Assembly (NCBI GenBank): GCA_963770895.1 | Contig: CAVYRF010000002.1 | Span: 288,001-352,000 of the forward strand | DNA from: an uncultured Acidobacteriota bacterium | Lineage (GTDB): Bacteria > Acidobacteriota > Thermoanaerobaculia > Multivoradales > UBA5704 | Length of the DNA stretch: 64,000 bases | Direction: 5' to 3' | Shown: positions 45,608 through 54,220 of the stretch, in pieces | How the letters are laid out: every line of letters begins with the position of its first letter | Numbering within the stretch: the stretch's first letter is position 1 | Notes under the pieces: generated by a model | Told to the model about the DNA's origin: nothing | The model's input: only the letters and a program-made list of their open reading frames with translations | Databases searched by the model: none | Translations under genes and position numbers: made by a program

Positions 45608-46917
45608 GAGTCGCGCCAAAATAAGTAGACTATATTTTGCGACGCTTGGGCCGAATGGAGTAGTTCCAATCGCCGTGAAAGCTGGCGCGCTTCAGGTTGA
45701 CGGAAGCGAGTTCCTCGTCAGCCACGGCAACGCCGGTTGGATAGCTCCCCCGGTCGAGCTCGGCTCGGATCTTCAGGCCAGTCTTGGTGGCCGTGCTGGC
45801 GATCAAGTTGATGATGATGTCGTGACTGATCAAGGGTTTGCCTCGCCAGTTCTCGGTGATATGGCAGAACATACGATGCTCGATCTTGTTCCATTTGCTG
45901 GTGCCAGGCGGGAAGTGGCAGACGTGGATGGTCAGGCCAAGTTGGGTCGCCAGGTCCTGCAGCGCCACCTTCCAGAGCCGGCAGCGACTGCCGTTGCTGC
46001 CGCCGCCATCGGCGGTGATCAGCAACCGGCGTGCGTTGGGGTAGCGAGGAGATCCCATCTTGCGCCACCAGCGGCGGATCGCTTCGACGGCGAACCGGGC
46101 TGTGTCGTGGTCCACGCCGACGCTCACCCAACCCTGATTCGAACTCAGGTCATACACGCCATAGGGAATGGCCTTGCCCAAATCCGGGTCCACGAAGTCA
46201 TAGATCTTGACCTTGTCGGGATCACCCTTCGGCTGCCATTCGCGGCCGACATTCTTGAATGCCCCGACCAGTTCCTTCTTTTTCGTGTCCACCGAGATGA
46301 CCGGTTGACCGTGCCTCTGAAACGCCTGCACTGTGTGGCTAATGTGCTCGAATTGGGCGTTGCGGTCCGGATGAGAGGCACCCTCCAGGGTCTTGCGGTT
46401 GCTTTGCAGGCTGTAACCTGCCGCGTTGAGAAGCCGACCTACGCTGCGCGGGCTCAGGGTGTGTCCCTGGCGCGTCAAGGCCGTGGCCAACTGGGTCGTA
46501 CTTTTGCAGGTCCACCGCAACGGAGATTCCGGGTCGCCGCGCGTCACCGGATCGACCAAGTGCTCCAACGCATCCAGCAGGGCAGGGTCATTCTCGGTCA
46601 GTGCCTTGCGCCCGCCACCCGGCCGACGAACCCGCAAGTCCAACGGCGCGTCAGGATGAGCTTGGCGGTTCTCCAACTCCGCCAAGCCTCGCCGGATCGT
46701 ATTCGGCGACATGCCAATCGCGCCGCTCACCGCACGCACTCCGCCCCAGCCATAGGCCCGGGCCTCTGAAGCCGCCCACTGGCGCCGCATTCGCTCATCC
46801 ATCATCGGCGCAAGCGAAAGGTACTTCACTGCGATCTGCTCCGCCGAGGCGGGATCTTGCATGCCCCACAGTAGAGCACAGTCCTACAATTTCGTCAAGT
46901 TATTTTGGCGCGACTCC
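45607..46917. mobile_element. ISAzo13-family insertion sequence, 1311 bp
   Basis: Perfect 18-bp terminal inverted repeats ggagtcgcgccaaaataa (45607-45624) and ttattttggcgcgactcc (46900-46917), flanked by TTA on both sides. Confidence 0.92.
45630..46862 (-). CDS. ISAzo13-family DDE transposase
   Basis: DERMRR.WAA.EA, RGDPESPLRWTCKS, ISVDTKKKEL, ITADGGGSNG, PPGTSKWNKIEHR. Confidence 0.95.
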   Translation of the reverse strand: MQDPASAEQIAVKYLSLAPMMDERMRRQWAASEARAYGWGGVRAVSGAIGMSPNTIRRGLAELENRQAHPDAPLDLRVRRPGGGRKALTENDPALLDALEHLVDPVTRGDPESPLRWTCKSTTQLATALTRQGHTLSPRSVGRLLNAAGYSLQSNRKTLEGASHPDRNAQFEHISHTVQAFQRHGQPVISVDTKKKELVGAFKNVGREWQPKGDPDKVKIYDFVDPDLGKAIPYGVYDLSSNQGWVSVGVDHDTARFAVEAIRRWWRKMGSPRYPNARRLLITADGGGSNGSRCRLWKVALQDLATQLGLTIHVCHFPPGTSKWNKIEHRMFCHITENWRGKPLISHDIIINLIASTATKTGLKIRAELDRGSYPTGVAVADEELASVNLKRASFHGDWNYSIRPKRRKI

Positions 46918-47202
46918 TTAGGTCCCAAACGCGCGGCTGGGCCGGCCCAGCCGCGCGCCGCAGTGAACGGTCACTGCGCGCCGTGCCTCAGGTGTCGCAC
47001 GCCCCACTTTTGAAGATACTGCAGCGATCAAACCCCTGAGCGAGCGCAGCGGCACCGTTGGGAAAATCCGCGGCGTGTCCGTCTGAACCGTCATAGACCC
47101 GGGAGCGATAGGCGCCCAGGCTGACCACCACGCGAAATCAGGGTTGGTCTGCTCCGCTCGGACCCTTTCCGCTTCCTCCACTCCTTGAAGAGGGAGAGTG
47201 CG

Positions 47203-48069
47203 ATGCGATCATCCATGCGGTTGCTACTTCTGGCGTTTCTCGGAATCTACGGACTTGGGTGCGCCAGCCTGGGAGTGCAGCCTGCGCGACCGGTAGCTGC
47301 AGCAAAGGAACTGGATGGGCTGACGGGCTACTTCAATGAAGCCGCCGTCGGCACCTGCGCCGGCGAGGCTGATGCCAAGACGGCTCGCAACTGCCGCGAC
47401 AGCTTCGTGTATGGAAGAATCCACGCCTATGACCTGGAGCTGACCCTCTTCGAGGACAAAATCACCAAGCTCTCGCAGGATTACCACCTGATCGGCGATC
47501 TCCTGCTCGGCGGTCTAAGCGGAGCCGGAACGGTTGTAAAAGGTGCTCAAACCAAGAGCATTGTCGCCGCGCTGGCCACACTCGTCACCGGGGCAAAAAG
47601 CTCCGCCGACTCAGACCTGTTCTTTCAGAAATCGGTTTCTGCGTTGGTCAACCGAATGGAAGCACTGCGCAAGCAAGCTCTTTTGCCAATTCAAGCTGGA
47701 CTTGTCAAAGATGCCACGCTGTACCCTCTCCGCCAGGCCCTTCTCGACGTCGAGGACTACTACAAGGCAGTCAACCTGATGCAGGCGGTCGCAAGCATCG
47801 ACCAGGACTCAAAACAGATGGACTCTGCAGCCACATCGCAGAAGAACGCCATGCTTAACCTCACTTTTGGCGACGATCAGAACAGCACCTTGCTGCGGAA
47901 TTACTGGGCACCCAATGGTGTCCTGAACAAGGACCATGAGAAGGCCCTGAATGACTGGCTCTCCAAGAACGTAACCTCACCACCGGACATCGCGAGCTTC
48001 ATACACGGCAGCATCTACACCACCTCTCGCGCCAAGGCGGTAGCCGAGGTCGTCAATAAGACCCCATAA
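47203..48069 (+). CDS. Hypothetical lipoprotein
   Basis: Lipobox-like GLGC after a hydrophobic stretch; GGGAG Shine-Dalgarno; codon usage less GC-biased than core genes. Confidence 0.75.
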   Translation: MRSSMRLLLLAFLGIYGLGCASLGVQPARPVAAAKELDGLTGYFNEAAVGTCAGEADAKTARNCRDSFVYGRIHAYDLELTLFEDKITKLSQDYHLIGDLLLGGLSGAGTVVKGAQTKSIVAALATLVTGAKSSADSDLFFQKSVSALVNRMEALRKQALLPIQAGLVKDATLYPLRQALLDVEDYYKAVNLMQAVASIDQDSKQMDSAATSQKNAMLNLTFGDDQNSTLLRNYWAPNGVLNKDHEKALNDWLSKNVTSPPDIASFIHGSIYTTSRAKAVAEVVNKTP

Positions 48070-48084
48070 CCAGGAGGATCGAAA

Positions 48085-48324
48085 ATGGCTCACACAGTTG
48101 TCATGCGAGACGTGCCACCAGACCAGCTCGATACTGTCACGAGCGACTACCAGCTTGAGAACGCTACGGTGACCAAAACTCAGCAGGCCGACGGCAACTA
48201 CACCGTCACAGCCGTCTTCCCGGATGACAGCTCCAACTCCCCCGCGCAGCACGGTTCGCTCGACGCCGCGGTGATGACCTTCCGCCCCCGAAGCGCCGCC
48301 AAGGCAGGCCACGGCCACAAATAG
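48085..48324 (+). CDS. Small hypothetical protein (79 aa)
   Basis: AGGAGG Shine-Dalgarno; 15 bp after the lipoprotein gene; compact V....[14 protein letters not shown] segment. Confidence 0.7.
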   Translation: MAHTVVMRDVPPDQLDTVTSDYQLENATVTKTQQADGNYTVTAVFPDDSSNSPAQHGSLDAAVMTFRPRSAAKAGHGHK

Positions 48325-48377
48325 CAATTCCATTCCTGCTGGCCGCGCTCCAGACAACGGCGGTCGCGGAGCAGAGT

Positions 48378-49106
48378 TCAGACGGTCAGACCGAAGGTGC
48401 GTTGCAGGCCGCGGCGGCCGGCGGCGGTGACCTGGACGGCGCGGCTTTCGGGCGTGCGCGCAATCCAGCCGCGGTCGAACAGGACGGCGAGCACGGCGGC
48501 GCCCAGGGCGCCGGCCAAGTGGGGGACGCGCTCGCTCCAGTCCAGGCAGGCGGGCGCGAAGGCGCGGCGGCGGGCGCGCTCGGCGGCCAGGTCCAGGCCC
48601 AGGCCGGTAAAGAAGCGGGCGCCGGCGGCGGTCACTTCGAACTGCCCGGCCGCGGGGCGCACGACGGTGCGCGCGCTGAGCTGCCCCTCCTGGGCGGGGC
48701 GCAGGGCGCCGCGCTCGACCAGGGATTGGGTGAGGCCGACGCCCAGCCTGCCCGCCAGGTGGTCGTAGCAGGTGCGCGCGGCGCGCACGGCGCGGCCGAT
48801 GCGGGCCTGGCGGTGGGTGCGCGGCTGCGCTTCGGGTGCCAGCACCGCCAGCGCTTCCATGGCATGCATCAGCTCCGGCCGGGCGAGGTGGTACAGGCGG
48901 TGGCGGCCCTGCGGCCGCATCGCGACCAGGCCCGCATCGGCCAGCTTTGCCAGGTGGACGCTGGCGGTGGAAGCGGTGACGCCGGCCGCCAGGGCCAGGT
49001 CGCTGGCGGCGACTTCCCGCCCGTCGGAGAGGGCCATGACGATGGCGACGCGCGCCGGATCGGCGAGCAGCGATGCAATCGGGGCGATGTCGGCATCTGC
49101 AAGCAT
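48378..49106 (-). CDS. ArsR/SmtB family winged-helix transcriptional regulator
   Basis: [49 protein letters not shown]. Confidence 0.92.
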   Translation of the reverse strand: MLADADIAPIASLLADPARVAIVMALSDGREVAASDLALAAGVTASTASVHLAKLADAGLVAMRPQGRHRLYHLARPELMHAMEALAVLAPEAQPRTHRQARIGRAVRAARTCYDHLAGRLGVGLTQSLVERGALRPAQEGQLSARTVVRPAAGQFEVTAAGARFFTGLGLDLAAERARRRAFAPACLDWSERVPHLAGALGAAVLAVLFDRGWIARTPESRAVQVTAAGRRGLQRTFGLTV

Positions 49107-49244
49107 AGTTTGATGATACTACAACTGTCCCTGGGCTATGCTACCGCGCATGACAGGGCACACTGCACGTCACCATCCATCGATCGCAGCCGGCAAACAG
49201 CGCCACGCCGCGCGCCGCGCTGCGCAGGAACGGAGGCAGCTGCC

Positions 49245-49814
49245 ATGGCGATGAATCGCCGCGAAGCGATCACATTGGTTGCCGCGGCAGGCGCGGCGCT
49301 CAGCCTGGGCGGCGAAGCGCTGGACCAGGCCGCGGCGGCGACGTCCGATGCGGCCGCGTCCGACGCCGCCGGTGGCACCGACGGCGCCGATGCCGCCAAC
49401 GGCGCCGCCCCTGCTTCCACCGCCGCCCCCACTTCGGAATCCACCACCGCAGCCACCAGGAGAGGGTCCATGACGATCACCTGCTTCATCCGCTACCAGA
49501 TCGATCCGTTCCAACGCGACGCGTTCAAGCAATATGCCGAAACGTGGGGGCGCATCATCCCGCGCCACGGCGGCCACCTGGTGGGGTATTTCCTGCCCTA
49601 TGAAGGCACCAACGACATCGCCTGGGGGCTGATCGCGTTCGACAGCCTGGCATCCTATGAAGCCTACCGGGCGCGGCTGCGCACCGATCCGGAGGCCCGC
49701 GAAAACTTCGCCATGGCCCAATCCAAGCGCCTGATCCTGCGCGAAGAGCGCAACTTCGTCGAAGTGGTGGACGGCACCTTCGAGCTGCCCGCCAAGATGG
49801 CGCCCGCCAAGTAA
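49245..49814 (+). CDS. NIPSNAP family protein with Tat-like N-terminal extension (alternative start 49470)
   Basis: [30 protein letters not shown]; in-frame upstream [19 protein letters not shown]. Confidence 0.85.
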   Translation: MAMNRREAITLVAAAGAALSLGGEALDQAAAATSDAAASDAAGGTDGADAANGAAPASTAAPTSESTTAATRRGSMTITCFIRYQIDPFQRDAFKQYAETWGRIIPRHGGHLVGYFLPYEGTNDIAWGLIAFDSLASYEAYRARLRTDPEARENFAMAQSKRLILREERNFVEVVDGTFELPAKMAPAK

Positions 49815-49966
49815 ACGGTTTCCGGCGCTACACCGCCAGCGCCGGCGGCTGCACGGCCGGCGCGCCCGGCGGCCGGTAGAGGACGCGGACGTCCCGCGGC
49901 GCGGCGTGGTGTCCACCATCGACACCACCGCCGCGGCACGCCGCCGCCGCGCCGCCGCGCCGGCCG

Positions 49967-52918
49967 TCACGCGATCGCGGCGGCCGGCGGTGCGGGCGGC
50001 GGCATGGGGCCGCTCACCGGAATGGTGGTCGCGGCGCCGCTCGCCTTCTGCTCCTCCAGGTATTCCTTGATGCGCTCGATGTAGTCGTCAAAGTCGTCGG
50101 GGGCCGCGCTGCCCCGCCCCGCCATCGCCTGCACCGCGTCGTCGCCCAGGGCGCGATAGCTTTCGAACTGCGATTCGCTGAACCACTGGTCGGCGGTCGA
50201 CTCGTGCGGGAAGGGCTTGGATTCGCGGGCGTAGTTTTCCACGTCGAAGGGCGAGCCGTCGACGATCGAGGGCTTGATGTAGATGAGCGTGCCGTCGACG
50301 CCGGTGGGGTCGACCGCGCTGTACTGGATCCTGGCCACCGCGCAGTAGCGGCCGCCTTCGGCCGGCTGCCCGCTCTCCTGCTTGGGATAGATGCGGACGC
50401 GGCTGTCGAACACGATCGGCACGCCGAAGTCGATACGGATCTTGCGAATGGCGTTGCCGAGATCGTCAAAGGCATAGGACGGATCGGCGCCGGCATCGCT
50501 GACGATGATCGTGTGACAGCGCCGGCGCACCATCTCGTAGATGCCAAGGTCTTCGAAATGGCCGCCGTCCGACAGGCTGACGTACGGATGCTGGTCGTTG
50601 GTCAGGCCGAACGCCTCGGCGATCAGCACCAGCGCCGAAAACCGCGGCCCCGTGCGTTTGTAGGTCGGCATCCGCCCGACGTCTTTGGGATTGCCCAGCC
50701 AGATTCCCAGCCGCACGTTGAACAGCGCCATGATGAAGGTGATCGCCGGCGACGTGGTGTACATGCCCATGTTGGGATTGGCGGCGGCGCCCGAGGTGGC
50801 GACCGCGGTGCCCAGCGTCAAACCTTTCTGGCCGCCGTATTCGACGGTGTCGCGGTAACCCAGCTCGGCGGAGCCGCAATGCAGCGGCGTGGCGGTAAAG
50901 CTTTCGGCCTTGCGCTGCTGCCACGCCAGGTCGGAGCCCGACACCAGATTGAGCGAGATGTTGACCACCGGGAACGGCCGGTTGGCGGCGAGCGACGCCA
51001 TCGTCACGTTGTCGTCCGGATCGAAGCCGGTGAAGGGGTTCGGCCGGCGGTCGGGGTTGCTGGCGCCGGGGTAGGCGCGGATCAGCCGGTTGCGGTAGCC
51101 CGCCTGCATCGAAAAGCGGTTGACGTTGACCGGATAGCTGATGGCGACCCCCGCCACCAGCAGCGCGATCACCGCGATCAGCAGGTGGGCGGGCGTACCG
51201 GTGTAGGGCGGCACGTAGAGCCACCCCGGCGCCGTCGGGTCCAGCAGGCTCGCCGCCGTCGCGACGCCATCCGGCCAGATGAAGCCGAGCAGCGCCTGGC
51301 CGCCCCACGACAGGCAGAGGATGAGCGCCACCACGAACAGCGGCGCCGCCAGCGCGAAGACCATCTTGCTGACCAGGCTCGGCTCGCCCTTCTCCTTGTT
51401 GGCAGGGGTCGAGCCGGCCATGCCGAACTTCGCCACCAGCGCCCCCAGACCGCCGGCCGAAATGAGCGCGCTCAGCTGTGCCGCGGCGGTGGTCAGCAGC
51501 GAGGATGCGAACAGCACCAGGCTGCTCGCCGCCATCCATACCACCAGCACGATCAGCGTCCAGGCGGACCAGCGGGCAAACCACTCGCGGTCGGAATCGC
51601 CGTCGACGACCATCCAGTGCTCGGCCATGCTCGACACCGCGACCAGCACGGTCCTGCCCAGCAGCATCACGCCCATGATCACCGCCGGTCCGAAGATCAC
51701 GAACAGCGGCATCTCATTTTCAAACAGCGGCCGCAGCATGCCCTTGAGCACCAGCTTGTAGATGAGCGTATCGACGGCGCCGGCGGCGAGCACCGAAAAG
51801 ACGTCCCACAGAAACACCTTGAAGCGGCGGTGCATGAACAGGGCGGAAGCGAGCAACGCCGCCAGCGGCAGCACCAGCGCCCAATAGGCGCAATAACGGA
51901 GCAGCACCAGCGTCGGCACGTTCGGCAGGTCCTCGGCGTACGCCTGCACACACCCGAGCAGCAGCGGCAGCGCCGCCAGCCTGGGCAGCAGCGCCAGCGT
52001 CAGGTAGTGCGTGGTCCACTTGCCATGCGGGCCCTTGCCCCTGCCGCCGCTGTCGCGCAACAGGCTCATGAAGAACAGGCCGATGAACTCGAAAGCTCCG
52101 GCGATGTAAAGCAGGTGCAGCGGCTGCTGCGACGTCGGCCAAGTGGCCACGGCCAGCAGCGGCAGCAGCAACGGCGCCGTCAGCAGCGGCAGCAACACCG
52201 CCCAATTGAGCAGGATGTTGCGCAGCACGATGGCGACCATCGTCCAGGTGTCGGCCGACAGCACACCCAGGCGCGGCGTCAGGTAGTTGCTGTACTGCCG
52301 CAGGTGGGTGAGCGGCTCCGGTTCCGGCTGGGAGGGGTCGGTCGGCCGTTCGGTCAACCGGGTGGTCACCGTGTCGATGCCCTCTTCCCGCACCCAGCGC
52401 GCCAGCCAGCTGGAAATGTAGCCACCCCCCGAGACGCTCGACAGGTAGTCGAACTGGCCCAGCAGCCCGAGCCGCGCCATGCCCTGCAGCACGCCCAGGT
52501 TGAAGGTGGCGCTGCGGATGCCGCCGCCCGAAAAACACAACGCCGCCAGCGGCCCTTTCGGCGCCGGCTTGGGAGGCCGCTTTGGCGCCGCCGTCCCGGC
52601 GCCGGCTGCCGCTGGCGCCGCCGGCTTTGCCGCTGTTCCTTGCCCCGTTGCCGCTGGTTCTGCCGGCTTTGCCGCTGTTTCTCGCGCCGCCGTTGCCGCC
52701 GGTGCGTCCGGCATCGCCGCCAGGCGGTGGGTGACCCGGTAGACTGCGGCCTGCTGGGCCGCATCGCTCCCCGGCGGCAGCCCGGACGCCTCGGCCGCCA
52801 CCGCGGCTACGGAGTCCGGCTCGGTCAAGGCAGGGCTGCCGGGCCGCAGGTGCTCCAGCTCGGCCCGCAGCACTTCCCACAGACGCAGGGGCGGTACGCC
52901 CTTCGCGGATTTCGCCAT
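49967..52918 (-). CDS. Polytopic patatin/cPLA2-like phospholipase
   Basis: SGGGIRSA oxyanion loop, SSVSGG nucleophile, DGGHFED acid; many TM helices between Ser and Asp; FPHESTADQWFSESQFESYR. Confidence 0.88.
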   Translation of the reverse strand: MAKSAKGVPPLRLWEVLRAELEHLRPGSPALTEPDSVAAVAAEASGLPPGSDAAQQAAVYRVTHRLAAMPDAPAATAARETAAKPAEPAATGQGTAAKPAAPAAAGAGTAAPKRPPKPAPKGPLAALCFSGGGIRSATFNLGVLQGMARLGLLGQFDYLSSVSGGGYISSWLARWVREEGIDTVTTRLTERPTDPSQPEPEPLTHLRQYSNYLTPRLGVLSADTWTMVAIVLRNILLNWAVLLPLLTAPLLLPLLAVATWPTSQQPLHLLYIAGAFEFIGLFFMSLLRDSGGRGKGPHGKWTTHYLTLALLPRLAALPLLLGCVQAYAEDLPNVPTLVLLRYCAYWALVLPLAALLASALFMHRRFKVFLWDVFSVLAAGAVDTLIYKLVLKGMLRPLFENEMPLFVIFGPAVIMGVMLLGRTVLVAVSSMAEHWMVVDGDSDREWFARWSAWTLIVLVVWMAASSLVLFASSLLTTAAAQLSALISAGGLGALVAKFGMAGSTPANKEKGEPSLVSKMVFALAAPLFVVALILCLSWGGQALLGFIWPDGVATAASLLDPTAPGWLYVPPYTGTPAHLLIAVIALLVAGVAISYPVNVNRFSMQAGYRNRLIRAYPGASNPDRRPNPFTGFDPDDNVTMASLAANRPFPVVNISLNLVSGSDLAWQQRKAESFTATPLHCGSAELGYRDTVEYGGQKGLTLGTAVATSGAAANPNMGMYTTSPAITFIMALFNVRLGIWLGNPKDVGRMPTYKRTGPRFSALVLIAEAFGLTNDQHPYVSLSDGGHFEDLGIYEMVRRRCHTIIVSDAGADPSYAFDDLGNAIRKIRIDFGVPIVFDSRVRIYPKQESGQPAEGGRYCAVARIQYSAVDPTGVDGTLIYIKPSIVDGSPFDVENYARESKPFPHESTADQWFSESQFESYRALGDDAVQAMAGRGSAAPDDFDDYIERIKEYLEEQKASGAATTIPVSGPMPPPAPPAAAIA

Positions 52919-52936
52919 CGCTCCTCCCGTTCAAAG

Positions 52937-54181
52937 CTACGGCTTGGGCGCCAGCCACGGGCGCTTGGCGCCAGGGTAGAAGACCTCTTCGCCGGTCGGC
53001 TCGAAGCGCTGGTTGCCGTTCTCGCGCAGGCGCACGTCCTGCATCGCCTGCATGACGTCGCGGCGGGCGCGGTTGAGGCTGCCCAGCGGCATGTGGGCCT
53101 GGAGGCCGTGCCACGGATTGAAGGTCAGGTTCTGACAGAAGGCGTACTGCTCGGGCGACTGGAAATCCTGCGGTGGGAACTCCATGCGCGCCACCTGGCG
53201 CCAGGGGGAATCCTTGGGGTCCCAGGCGACCAGCGTGTTGTCCAGCGGCTGGCTGTCGCGGCTGCGGATCTGCGCCTTGATGTCGAGGCACATGCCGATG
53301 CCGCCCGCCGGGGCCAGGTCGTCGGCCAGCCGCTCGGCCAGATAGTTGGGATGCGTGTTGTCGTCGGGCGGGGGCGACGTCCAGCGGATCTTGCGGCCGG
53401 CGCAGGGAAAGGCGCCGTACTTGACCGCGTTCTGCGGCCCCTGCGTCGCCTGGATGGCGAACGGCGCCACCGAAAACCAGGTGATGTCGGCGATGCTGGG
53501 GAAGACGTTTTTCCGCTGCACCTGCAGGATGTTATAGAAGCCGCGCGGGTGGCGCAGCAGGTCCCACAGCAGGCGCGGATTGGCCATTGGGTCGGCGCTG
53601 TAGCCGCCGGCGCGGACGGCGGCGAAGAAGTCGTGGAAGTGCCTGACGTTGCCGGCAAAGAAGGCGTTGTGGGCGATGAAGAAGAGGTCCTGGGTGTGCT
53701 GCTCGTCGCCCGGCACCGGCAGGCGCGCGCCGCTCACTCCCACCAGCTTGACCACCATGCCGCGGAAGTCGGGGACGTGATCGTCGGTGACGTGGTTGGC
53801 CGAATTGGAAAAGCGCACCCACGCCTTGTAGACGCGGCCGCCGTCGGGCTTGCCGGCATAGATGCCCAGCCGCAGGTTGGGCGGCAGGTCCGGCTCGACG
53901 GTGAAGTTGGCGCGCACGCAGGCGTTGGCCTTGGGATGGGTGTCGCGCAGGAACTTGGTGGCCCGCCAGTTCTCGTCCGGCTTGATCGTGTCGTTTTGAT
54001 ATTCGTGGTGCAGGATGTCGGTCAGGATGACGACCGTGTCTTCGATCACCGCCGCCTCTTCGTCCTGCGGCAGCGGCCGGCTCTCGGTGTAGAGCGACAC
54101 CAGGATAACCAGCCCAAGCAGCACCACCAATACCACGACCAGCCGCAGAACGATCCGCAACAATTTCTTCCAGCCGCTCAT
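52937..54181 (-). CDS. Membrane-anchored catalase-fold protein
   Basis: RDTHPK, RFSN, DFRGM, FNPWHGL..H.PLGSLNRAR; N-terminal TM helix; Met at the usual proximal Tyr position. Confidence 0.82.
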   Translation of the reverse strand: MSGWKKLLRIVLRLVVVLVVLLGLVILVSLYTESRPLPQDEEAAVIEDTVVILTDILHHEYQNDTIKPDENWRATKFLRDTHPKANACVRANFTVEPDLPPNLRLGIYAGKPDGGRVYKAWVRFSNSANHVTDDHVPDFRGMVVKLVGVSGARLPVPGDEQHTQDLFFIAHNAFFAGNVRHFHDFFAAVRAGGYSADPMANPRLLWDLLRHPRGFYNILQVQRKNVFPSIADITWFSVAPFAIQATQGPQNAVKYGAFPCAGRKIRWTSPPPDDNTHPNYLAERLADDLAPAGGIGMCLDIKAQIRSRDSQPLDNTLVAWDPKDSPWRQVARMEFPPQDFQSPEQYAFCQNLTFNPWHGLQAHMPLGSLNRARRDVMQAMQDVRLRENGNQRFEPTGEEVFYPGAKRPWLAPKP

Positions 54182-54220
54182 CGCTCCATCCTCCCGCGAA
54201 AGCCCGCGCCGGCCGCCCGA

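Noticed and set aside
46918-47181. 87-aa minus-strand ORF next to the IS
   Set aside because: No motif and poor codon bias; more likely the promoter region of the lipoprotein gene or a remnant
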